From: Lama glama
Taxonomy: Eukaryota
Reading direction: 5' to 3'
Length of the DNA stretch: 64,000 nt
Assembly (NCBI GenBank): GCA_028534125.1
Contig: CM052816.1
Span: 2,046,001-2,110,000 of the forward strand
Shown: positions 24,971-35,010 of the stretch, piece by piece
How the letters are laid out: each line of letters opens with the position of its first letter
How positions within the stretch are numbered: position 1 is the first letter of the stretch
Notes under the pieces: generated by a model
Databases searched by the model: none
What the model saw: only the letters and a program-made list of their open reading frames with translations
What the model was told of the DNA's origin: nothing
Program-made: the position numbers and the translations under genes

Positions 24971-27900
24971 AATTTAAAAAAAGGTACCCTTTGTGATGTG
25001 GCTTTAGAATGGCTTGCTTTCTCGGGATATCCTGTGTCTGTCCTGGGGTGGGCTTTTCGTGGGCTCCTTGGTGAGGAGATGCCTTCTATCTCTTTAAGAG
25101 GTAAAAACATGAAAAAATGTAAATGTAGGGACTTTAACACTTCCCCCTTCCTAACATTCATATAATTGCTGTTAAGCCACATTGAAAACCCTGGGGCCTG
25201 GTGTGCACCAGGGTAAAGTTACATTTCACAAGCAGAAAATTGACTCACCACTTAAGAAAATTGGCTACCAATTATGTGTCAAAGGCTCTAAAGTCAGACC
25301 TGAGGTTTTCTTTTTTGCCAGAATGTGGAATTAAAAAGAGCACAGGCATCCAGCTTTGTCCCCTCTCCTGCCTCCCGGGAATGACTTCTTTCTTGCAGCT
25401 GAGTTTCTGAGTTTCCTTCTGAGGCTTCTGGCAGGGAAGAAGGGCTCCCGGCCGCCGCCGCCGAGGGACAGGCTGGCAGGAGGAAAGGAATCCATCTGTA
25501 GTTAGAAGTGCATTCGTGCACAAGTATTTTAAAAATCTGCTTTATGGCACAGGGGGAGAAAGTCGCCTTTGCCCCAGAACAGCTGACCCAAGGTCTGAGA
25601 GCCGTGACCGGGGCTCGGGGGGCTGAGGAGTGCTGGGGAAAGAGATGCTGGGTGTGAAGGAGGTGTCCTGAGGCATCTGCTGTCTCTGGTGACTTGGCAC
25701 CGTACACAGAGTCCATTCAGGAAGCTGTTGTAAGAGGAGTGGCCTGGACAGGAGGGGAATGGAGCCATGGTCCTGGGGGGCTGTGAGGGGTGGAAAGCTG
25801 GGGGGAGAACAAGAGCAAGAGAGAGATAGTCAGGGACACAGAGATACAGAGACCAGTAATGGAGAGAGAGACAGAGAGAGAAGACGGGGTAGGGGGTTGG
25901 CGGGGAGAGTGATTGAGAACATGGCGGAGAGAGAGAGAGGGAGGGGACTTATGGAGGACAGAATGCAGAAGTAGATGGAGACAGGAGGGTGAAATGAAAG
26001 AGCTAGGGCTCTCTACACCGTCTTTTGTCCCCGCCCCTCCTAGGCCACCGTCCCCTCTTTGTCCTCTCTACAGCTCTTCTTGACACACTCCTTGCCTTCT
26101 TTCAAGGCCCGCTTTCTGTGCCTGTTGGAGTGGCCTATCCCAAGTTTTATTTCCAATGCCTGGACATCAAGCCTTATTTAGTGCTTCGTTTTCTGCCTCT
26201 AGAGGGAGAGAAAGAGAAAGTGTTAGGACTTGGCAAATTGAGCAAGTCTTCTGTGGTGTGCTGGAGAGAGTTAGTTTTCGAGGACAACTGGGATGCAGAT
26301 TCCGGCCGGAGATTATCCCCAGATAAGCACCCCTCCTGACAGCAGGGTGTGATATGTAATAATTTTAGTGAGAAAAACCATCCTTGTTTTGCCTTCTGGG
26401 AAATCTTTTGCTCGCTGTTTCTGTTTGATTCTAGCTTTGGAAAATTTCCAGGGTTCTCAAGGACCAACCATCTTAAATCCTCAGCGATTCTGACAGAAAA
26501 GACTGTTTTGTCTAAGGGGCAGCGATTCTAGGACTCGATCTGACTCCAAATATCTAATTTCCATTTAGTCCTGGCTTGTTAGCTGGAACAAAGAGAGAAA
26601 GAATTCACGGAATATTACAGAATTTGCAGAGTATTTAGTTCACCTCCAAGTCTTTATTGGGTTAAAAAAGATGCGGGCATGTGAGTTGTTCTTCTGTAGC
26701 AGTTCAGAATGCACAAAAGTTTGTTTTTCTAATTAAGGCTCAAATATTTTGAGTGTTTTTTTTCTCCCTCTGCCATCCTATGTATTTGAGAGAGCTTTTC
26801 TAGTTTTAAGACTCTCACAAGGCTCCCTCAAGTGATGCTTAATTACAGAAGCCTTCTATCCACCAAGTATTTTCTTAAATGTATAATTGATTGTGCAAGG
26901 AAGGAAGAGCTGCAGGAATGGAAATCATGCATCTTTTCATTATTAATGGCAATTTCTAAATAAAATGCAGACTCTGTCATGCTAATGGACAGCTGAACAT
27001 GTTTCACTCAGAAGCTTTTTTTTTTTTATTCTCTCTTTACTGTTCCAGGATCATTTTAGGAAGTTTAAGTAGCATTGAATATATTGACAAATATGTTCTA
27101 ACATGCTGGGCCAAGGTTGGAAAAAAGAGCCAAATCAAACTCTAGAAAATGCGAAGGAATATTGTGACAAACCCAATAATTTGGGAAGCCACGCACAGAA
27201 CCTCCTTTCCACTATGGTGAAGAAGCTGGATTTTTACCTGGATTTAATTTGCAAGACATGCATTTAGCACTTCCTATGCGCTGCTTTCACTGTAGCATTC
27301 CACGAACGTCCTCTTCGTAGGACAGCGGCACTGGAAAAGTTTCTGAATGGCCCTCGCCCAGCTTTCAGTGTGGAATTCATTAGCCAGAGCGAGAGTTGAA
27401 GTGTCTCGTGGACAGTGGAATGGCTGCTTTTGATTAGAGGCTATCTTAGTTCGAACTTCTCCTGAAAGTAAACTTGCGGCAGGGATTTGGATACAGGCAG
27501 CTGATGTGGGCATGATCCTAGGAAGTAGAAATGTGAGGAGAGTGAGAACAGCTAAAGAAGAAAACTAAGATAATGGAGCATTGTCAAAGTCACTGCTTGG
27601 CCAATGGGCGTGCAATCCTGTTGGAATCTCCTACGAGGCAGAGTAAAATCTGCCTCCTAGAAGTGTGCTCCTGGAAGACAAGGGACTGGAGAGTTTGTTT
27701 CCTGACTTCTGTGCCCCGCTGGTGGAGGGTTGTCCCTGGGTGCACTGACACCTTGACGCTTGTGGGCTGTGCTTGTGTGCAGGCCAGGCAGCTCCTTCAG
27801 AGTTGGTGTGCCATGGAAGGAAGCCTTCTTGTGACAGCACGCAGTCAGGGTGAGGTACGTGGCCGAATGGACCACAGAGATGGGAGGCAGGTATTGGAAA

Positions 27901-27977
27901 CATCTGTTACAGAAGCTGAGTATGAAAGCCTAGGGGCAGGAAGCTTTTGGTGCCTAGCAGTTCATCCTTTGTTCTTT

Positions 27978-28760
27978 TTTTAATTGACGTGTACTTGATT
28001 CACAGTGTTGTGCTAGTTTCTAGTGTACAGCAAAGTGATTCACATATCTATCTATGTACTTGTTTACATTCTTTTCCATTATGGTTTATTACAAGATATT
28101 GAATATAGTTCCCTGAGCTGTACACTAGGACCTTATTGTTTATTTTATATATAGTAGTTTGCATCTGCTAATTCCAAACTCATAATTTATCCCTCTCCCA
28201 AGCCCTTTCCCCTTTGGTAACCATAGTTTGTTTCCAATGTCTGTGAGTCTATTTCTGTTTTGTAAATAAATTCATTTGTATCATATTTTACATTCCACTT
28301 ATAAGTGATATCATATGGTGTTTGTCCTTCTCTTTCTGACTTACTTCACTTAGTATGATAATCTCTTGGTCCATCCATGTTGCTGCAAGTGGCACTGTTT
28401 CATTCTTTTTTTTATGACTGAGTAGTTTTCCATTGTGTATATATACCACATCTTTATCCAGTCATCTGTTGACTTAGGTTGCTTCCATGTCTTGGCTATT
28501 GTAATTAGTGCTGCTATGAACATTGAGGTGCATGTGTTTTTCCAAATTAGAGTTTTCTTCAGCTGTACGCCCAGGAGTCCGGGTACTGGATCATGTGGCA
28601 ACTCTATTTTTAGTTTCTTTGAGGAACCTCCATACTGTTCTCCTTAGTGGCTGCACCAGTTTATATCCCCACCTACTGTGTAGGAGGGATCCCTTTTCTC
28701 CAGACTTTCTCCAGCATTTATTACTTGTAGACTTTCTGATGTTGGCCATTCTGACCGGTG
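27978..28760 (-). mobile_element. 5'-truncated LINE-1 (ORF2 C-terminal remnant plus 3'UTR) with perfect 15-bp TSD
   Basis: Minus-strand translation contains [20 protein letters not shown] and WIKMWYIYTMENYSVIK (L1 ORF2p C-terminus); TSD catcctttgttcttt at 27963-27977 and 28761-28775. Confidence 0.95.
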
Positions 28761-28775
28761 CATCCTTTGTTCTTT

Positions 28776-29345
28776 ATTAAGCACCTGCTGTGTGCATGGG
28801 CATAGTAGGCATTCAAGGATTCTTTGCTGAATCATATGAGTATGCAAATTCATATTCAGCAAATGTTTGATGAGTACTTACTGTATGTCTGAAGGCCAGT
28901 CTGTCGTCTTGCTCTAAGTGTGTTCATGTTGTCAGACCGGGTGCTGCGATTTTGCTTTGATAAATATGGTACCAGAATATGGAAATACAGCACCTATCTC
29001 TTGGCAGGTCCAGGAAATACAAGATGAATGAGACATGATCTGAGCTACCTGTCTTCAGCCTGAAATAAGACAGTTCTTGGGTGGGCGACTCTGTTACGTA
29101 TTGAGTGTTTGCCTCTCATCAAGAAGCAAGAATTGTAAGGCAGATTTTGATGTGGGACTTGGGGGAAAGACATACAGATAGGGTTCCATGAGTTTCCTAA
29201 AAGTTTTGGAAAGCGGATACTCCTGAAGGAGGGAAGCAGCAGTACAGGGCAACTGGTGGGAAAGAAGGCCGGGAAGAAGGTCGAGATGACTGTGTGAAGG
29301 CCCCTAGAAGCCATGGTAAGAGGTATGGGGTTTTCTACCATAGGG
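28776..29345 (-). mobile_element. Fragmented L2 relic(s)
   Basis: attaagcacctgctgtgtgc; attcagcaaatgtttgatgagtacttactgtatgtc; gactgtgtgaaggcccctagaagccatggtaagagg. Confidence 0.55.
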
Positions 29346-29469
29346 GGCCATTTTTACATAAAGCATGAGGCATAAAATCCCCATTGAGGAATGTAGTGTC
29401 CAAACATGAATCCTCAATTCTGGTTCTCCGTATTCTGGTCATCTTCCTCCTAGAAGTGGACAGATTTCT

Positions 29470-30020
29470 CTGTCCCTTCAGTTGTACAAACCTGGGAACC
29501 ACCCTTGCTGCTGCCACCCACCTCAACCCCACAGCCACACTGGGCATCTCTCAACTCTGTCTGCTCCGCACCATCCCCACTCCCACAGCCACTCACCTCA
29601 CCTCCTGCGCTGTCTCCAGGATGGTGTCTCTGCACCCATTTGGCCTCTCTAGGATCCATTCCTCCACACAGGAGCCAGAATAAGCTCTTCAGAATTGAGA
29701 TCTGTTAGTGCCCTTCCCGAACTTAAAACCCATCCGTGATTTCTTACTGGATAAAGGCCAGATTCTTTATATCCTGTTCGCACTGCTTATGTCAGGGATA
29801 CTTCCTCCCTTCTTTGATAATTGAAGTTCAAATCACCCATTAGACTCTAGCTGCCTTCCCTTCGATTCTCAGAGGCACTTTCCCTGACCTCTCCAGCTGG
29901 GTCGTTCCCAGCACAGCAGGCTGCAGGCTGCACGAGGCCAGGGGCAGTGGCTGCTGTATTCCTACCCAGTACAGTGCCTGACACTTGGTAGGTGCTCGGT
30001 AAATGTCTGTTGGATGAGTT
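29470..30020 (+). mobile_element. L2 relic, 3' portion
   Basis: tccattcctccacacaggagccagaataagctcttc...ttaaaaccc...cagtacagtgcctgacacttggtaggtgctcggtaaatgtctgttggatga. Confidence 0.75.
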
Positions 30021-30070
30021 ATTGGGCGATGGGGAATTTAACTTGTTGCTGTGGGGGCACGGATGCTGTC

Positions 30071-30246
30071 CAATGGTGTGCGGGAGCTGGCTTGCACCGG
30101 TTCTTAAGAATCTTAATCTCTTCCCGACTCTGTTTAGTGATATTACATTCCTAGCTGGAAATCATTGATGGTAGGAGTACTTACACCATGGAAGTTGGCC
30201 AACTGTACAAAGTAGGGCTGCCTCCATCCACTTCACCAGGACACTG
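30071..30246 (+). mobile_element. MER63-like non-autonomous hAT DNA transposon
   Basis: Ends caatggtgtgcgggagctggc / caccaggacactg; internal atctcttcccgactctgtttagtga...tggtaggagtacttacaccatggaagttggc resembles MER63A. No clean TSD. Confidence 0.65.
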
Positions 30247-30330
30247 CTGATTTCTATCAATCATGATTCCTATCAAATCTTTGGCTTCTCAAACTTTCCT
30301 TCCATGTTGAATCTTTGTCATCCATTTTCT

Positions 30331-30433
30331 TTTCCTTTCCTTTCTTCTTTTTTTAAATGGAGTTACTGGGAATTGAACCCAGGACCTCGTGCATGCTAAG
30401 CATATGCTCTACCACTGAGCTATACCCTTCCCC
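30331..30433 (-). mobile_element. tRNA-derived SINE (camelid Vic-1-like)
   Basis: Minus strand gggtatagctcagtggtagagcatatgcttagcatgcacgaggtcctgggttcaattccc with Pol III A box (TAGCTCAGTGG) and B box (GGTTCAATTCC) and an A-rich tail; imperfect TSD gtcatccattttct (30317-30330) / gtcatcagttttct (30435-30448). Confidence 0.85.
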
Positions 30434-30789
30434 AGTCATCAGTTTTCTGAAGAGCAGTGACCACATCATATTAGGCTTTGAGTTGTCAATACAGAGCAAA
30501 GACCATTAACTCAGTAAGCCATTTGTTTAAAAAAGAAAAGAAGCGAAGTAACCAGTAGCTTGAGTCTGAAGGCACGTTGTGCTGCCTGTCTCACCTAACA
30601 TGCTCCTTGAAGTGCTTTTGAAATGACACTTTAGGCCTCTTTCCATTCACCGCTCCACTTAGACCAGTGACTCTTACACGTTCTACTTATGCCGTAGAAA
30701 CGTGTTTTAATAAGCAGGATTCTTGTCATCATGGATAACTCGGCACAGTTAAATAAATAGCTAAATTCCACAGTACAGCTAGTGGGTTC

Positions 30790-31230
30790 AATACAATGAG
30801 ATTATCTGAGCATCTCTTTTGTGGGAGACACCGTTGCTCACATGCTAGTGAAACAGAGGCTCTTCCTGCTCTCGAGTGTGTGAACCATTGAGAGGTACAG
30901 ACGTATGCAAACAGAGAGCTAACCACTAAGATGCTTTAGACGTAACAGGATCAAGGAGAACACGCATTGGGAACTGATGAATTCTGTGTGGGGTCAGGGA
31001 AAGCTGGGGAGAAGAGAGATTTGCACTGGGACGTGGAGGGATGAGCAGAGCTGTAGAGAGTGGAGCCCCAAGGCAAGGGGAACAAAGCAGGGAGTTACTG
31101 TGATAGGAAGGCCCAGAGGTGATGAAGTCCTGGTGGCAGGAACGGAGGGGATTGGGCAGCGAACAAAGGATCAGATTGGCTCTGGGGAGCTGACAGTGAA
31201 GAGAGCCGAGGTGACCTGCCTGGATCATTT
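30790..31230 (-). mobile_element. L2 relic (highly decayed)
   Basis: ttatctgagcatctc...gctagtgaaacagagg...cctgctctcgag, then an L2-like purine-rich segment. Confidence 0.45.
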
Positions 31231-33734
31231 TCTCATCTCCCCCTTTGTGTGGTGGGAGTTGGGAGAAGTGAGATGATCTAAATATGGTTTCTTCATGTTC
31301 ATGTTATCTTGACTTATCTTGATAAGACTTTATGACAACTTGATCTCAAGCTGCGGCAGTTTCAATAGAAATTGGATTGTAGGATGCACAATTTGATTCC
31401 GCCAAACAGCTTTGGACTTGCATCCTATTTCATTGTCCCTGAGTCCCATTCCTGTCATCGTCTGCAACTTAATTCTGTTTCTATTAGGATCACTCATTAA
31501 GTACCTTAAAATTATGCACGTAGTAAACTCACAGGATAGCCTATGCAAATAAGAAGCATCTCTCACCCCAGTCCTAAAGAAACACTGTGGATTTGTTAAA
31601 TAAATTTGGGAGTTTCAGATCATTTCTTTTATGCAATGAAATTGTAGCTTCACACCCCCAATTCAGCTAGGATTCTCTGTCTCTCTTTTTTAATCTCCTT
31701 CCTTTAAATACAAAGAGAAAAAAAGAACATAAATATTTTCATTTTGAGTCAGAAGGGGAGGGGCATGTAGAGGAGACAGAGGAAGAGGAGGGAGGGAGGG
31801 AGGGCGTGTATACAGCTTCTTTTTTGGGTTTTGGCACAAAAGAGTAATTCCCATCAACTCAGCTTGGCTAAAGGAAGCCTCCAGATAAAGATTCTTGAGA
31901 TCTCTGCCTCTTCTCCACATGAAAAAAAATTTTTTTAAGTAATTAAAAAAAAAGAGAAGAAATTACAAATAATTTGGTCTTGAAGGCCAAAAGTCTAACC
32001 TTTGATGTTGGCTTTTCGGAAGTTAGATAATAAACCACAGTTTCTTTTTTCTTTTCTTTTCTTTTTTCTTTTTCTTTTTTAAAGAGGACTGCTTTATAAA
32101 ATCTATCTTTAAAATACAAAGAATGAAAACATAAATAAAAGATATTCAGATATTTATGCAGTTAGCCAAGGGATTAAATGTATTTGATAGGGTCCTAAGA
32201 TTATTTAATATTTTCTCCTTCTTTGGAATCTTTGTTTTTAGCTCTAGTACATTGAGGATATTTTCCCCCTATGTTTTTGTTTATAGAAATTAAATAATTC
32301 CCTTATGATCCTGGTGGAAGTTACTTTAGAAATAAATAAATACAAATGGATGAGAGGGGAAAAAAAGAGAAGGAATAGACGAAATTTAAAAAATCTTAAT
32401 AATGACAATATTAGACTGCCTAGTTAACACCGAGTGTTATTAAACAAATGACAAAATAAAAAAATTAATAATAGGCTACCTATTTGATTCCTAGATAAAA
32501 ATCTCAGAAATTCATACTCTGAATACATAGAATAATTTTACATTATTCTATCGTGTAATTTTGCTTAAAATTTTTATATCAGATGGATATTGTCTGTGGC
32601 AATGTCCATGTTCCCATGTATTTTCTCCCACTTAAATTGGGAAAGGAGGGGAATGATTAGTTTATACGATAAAAAACTCAGTGAATTTCTCTGTCATGAG
32701 TCTAGGCTAGTTCTGTTAATTTCCTGCCTCTCTTGCATTGCTGCTAGAATTCTCCTATACAAACAGATCAGACTTTTCTTCAAAGTTTTGGTTTGTCCCA
32801 TTACATCAAAATTTAAATATCCAGACAGCAGTGTCTGGTGGATTAAAACAACAGCAACAATAACACCAACCACAATGCTTTGATTAACTTACAGCTCTTT
32901 GAAAGTCCTAATATTGTAGTTTCTTAGCTGATTAGTGAATTGAAGATTGGGACCAAATATTCTCCACTAAGATCATCATCACTTTCTACTTAGGATGAAT
33001 TAAATTTCTCTTAACAAACATGAATGGATATGCTATGTAGTTAAACATATTGCTTAGGAAATAGTTTCTTCTTATGGTATATACAGAATATCTCTTTCAG
33101 ATATGACAACATTGTTGTGATTAATACAGCTTTATTCAACAGTTATGTTTTGTATAAAGCCCCTGGGAGAGTCATGTAACGTAGTTTCAACTCTCAAAGC
33201 ACTTGTCACCTAATGTCATTTTCCTATGATCCAGAGGATACCTTGGTGACTTGCTGTGAATTAGGGTCATAATTATGACCATCATTTATCATTGTACTGT
33301 GACTGTGCAAGTGCCGGTTAATAGAGGATTGAGAATGATCGAAAGCAGGATAAATCACTTCGCCTTTTCCTGGAGCAGGGTCTTGGTGAGCCGAAGGAGA
33401 AACAGAGAAGGGAACAGATATCATTTCCATCTGTGAGCCCTCATGACGTATGAAGTGCCGTGAGACATTTATGGTTTTGTTGTTACCATCAAGACCTTTG
33501 GCAAAGTCCTAAACTTATTTTGGTCTCTCTCTCTCTCTCTCTCTTTTTTTGTTAGCTATTTCCAGCTGTTTATTTTTATCTTGCTTCGAGATGTTTAAAT
33601 GAAAGATGTAATTTGAATCTAAATTGTGGTTGTTATCAGATCTGGCTAGAACAGTAAGACAAGAGATAGCAATTTGGATTCTGATTATGTATTTTGTACT
33701 GAATTCCTCACAGCAAAGGTAAGTTTGAAGCCGT

Positions 33735-33990
33735 GGTTTGTTCGTTCGTTCATTCATTCACTCAGTGATCATCTACTCGGTGCCAAGCAAAGACAGTTAC
33801 AGACCTTGTGTACACTTTACAGTCTAGTGGGAAAGACAGTCATTCAAAGAATGACAAATAAAGCTGAGATTACAGTTATGTCAGGTGCTCTAAAGGCAGG
33901 GGGAGGAGGATGGCACATAGATGCCAGGTGCATGTACCAGGGAGAAGAGGGTCTGACTCACGGGGCGAGTCTGGGAATGTGGCCCCAAGG
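33735..33990 (-). mobile_element. L2 3' end
   Basis: ttcgttcattcattcactcagtgatcatctact...tttacagtctagtgggaaagacag...caggtgctctaaagg. Confidence 0.6.
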
Positions 33991-34039
33991 ATATGATGAT
34001 CCAATGGCGAGCAAATCTGTCTGTTTGTCTGCTCCTTGT

Positions 34040-34290
34040 AGTGTGGCAGAGAATTTAGGGTGGCAGAGTAGAAACACCCTGGATGTTGGGATCAGATGGA
34101 CAAAGGTTTCAAGCGTGTCTGCTAACTAGCCATGCGATCTTGAATAAGTAAACGTATCTCTTTGAAACTTAGACTTTTTTTTTTATCTTCAAAATAAAAG
34201 CAGCATCTGTCCTGCTGGATTGTTTTGTCTTGTAGGCATAATACATTTCTTAAATGCCTGATTCCGTTAGATGGTAGGTGCTCACTACTA
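34040..34290 (+). mobile_element. MIR SINE (degenerate)
   Basis: ggtttcaagcgtgtctgctaactagccatgcgatcttgaataagt...tctctttgaaactt...atcttcaaaat...tggtaggtgctca. Confidence 0.6.
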
Positions 34291-34854
34291 CTCTTTCTTC
34301 TATGATGAGATGTGAGTTGTATAAATCTTTCCAGAGAGATTTTTTTTTTTAAAGGAACCTCTCCTAATCACCTAACCTAAGGCAATTTTCTATCATGACA
34401 GCTTGTTTGACTTTTCTTTATACTGTTAATATTTGATAAATAAAAAGATAATATATGTAATACTTATGCTATGAAGCATAATAATAAATCAAAACCTGAG
34501 ACCCCTCTTCTGAACTTAAGAAGTTAGTCTTTTTGAAATTTAAGGTATTAATACATGTGAGATCTATGGTATAATTCTGTTTAGAAGATTTTTTTTTAAG
34601 GCCAAAAAAATGATAATTATTTTAAGCTTCCGTACAACTTTTGTTGCTTGGGGACCAAAAAGCAAGTACATGCAAAGACATACATACATACAAAGAAAAA
34701 AAAATTTCTTTTTTTTCCTTTGGGAAAACGGTAATACGCTCAAGCTGGTTTGGAGGAAGTTGGTTGTTTCCCGACTAGAATGACATTTGGGATAACATTT
34801 GAATTGGTTGATCATGGTTTTAGGTAAATAAACTCAGAAATAGGGTCAGCTCTT

Positions 34855-35010
34855 AGACGTGCAGAAGAGGAGGGCTCTAGGCTAGGATGCAGGAGGGGCA
34901 CTGACTTCTGGCTTTGCCTTTGACTTTGGCTATGCACCTGGGACTTGTTTATTTTGCTTTTCCAGGCTTCAGTCTCCTCACCTCTAAATGCAACAGATGA
35001 AGTGACTCCC
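34855..35010 (+). mobile_element. MIR fragment
   Basis: gacttctggctttgcctttgactttggctatg...ccaggcttcagtctcctcacctctaaatg. Confidence 0.5.

Noticed and set aside
24332..25165. 277-aa ORF (longest in the track) and the overlapping ORFs on both strands
   Set aside because: Explained by stop-codon scarcity in a GC-rich island; poly-Pro/Ala/Gly/Arg derive from (GCC)9; no recognisable domain; not in phase with the EBF exon structure.
25790..26110. Purine-rich tract followed by a pyrimidine-rich tract
   Set aside because: Low-complexity (GA)-rich sequence without a clear mirror or inverted repeat.
28350..28862. ORFs with real protein similarity
   Set aside because: Frameshifted L1 ORF2p C-terminal remnants, not a host gene.
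30360..30433. tRNA-like sequence
   Set aside because: Has an A-rich tail, a TSD and a second diverged copy; it is a SINE rather than a tRNA gene.
33700..33724. Consensus donor AAG|GTAAGT with a CAG 5 nt upstream (micro-exon?)
   Set aside because: Poor pyrimidine tract; isolated consensus donors are common in long introns.
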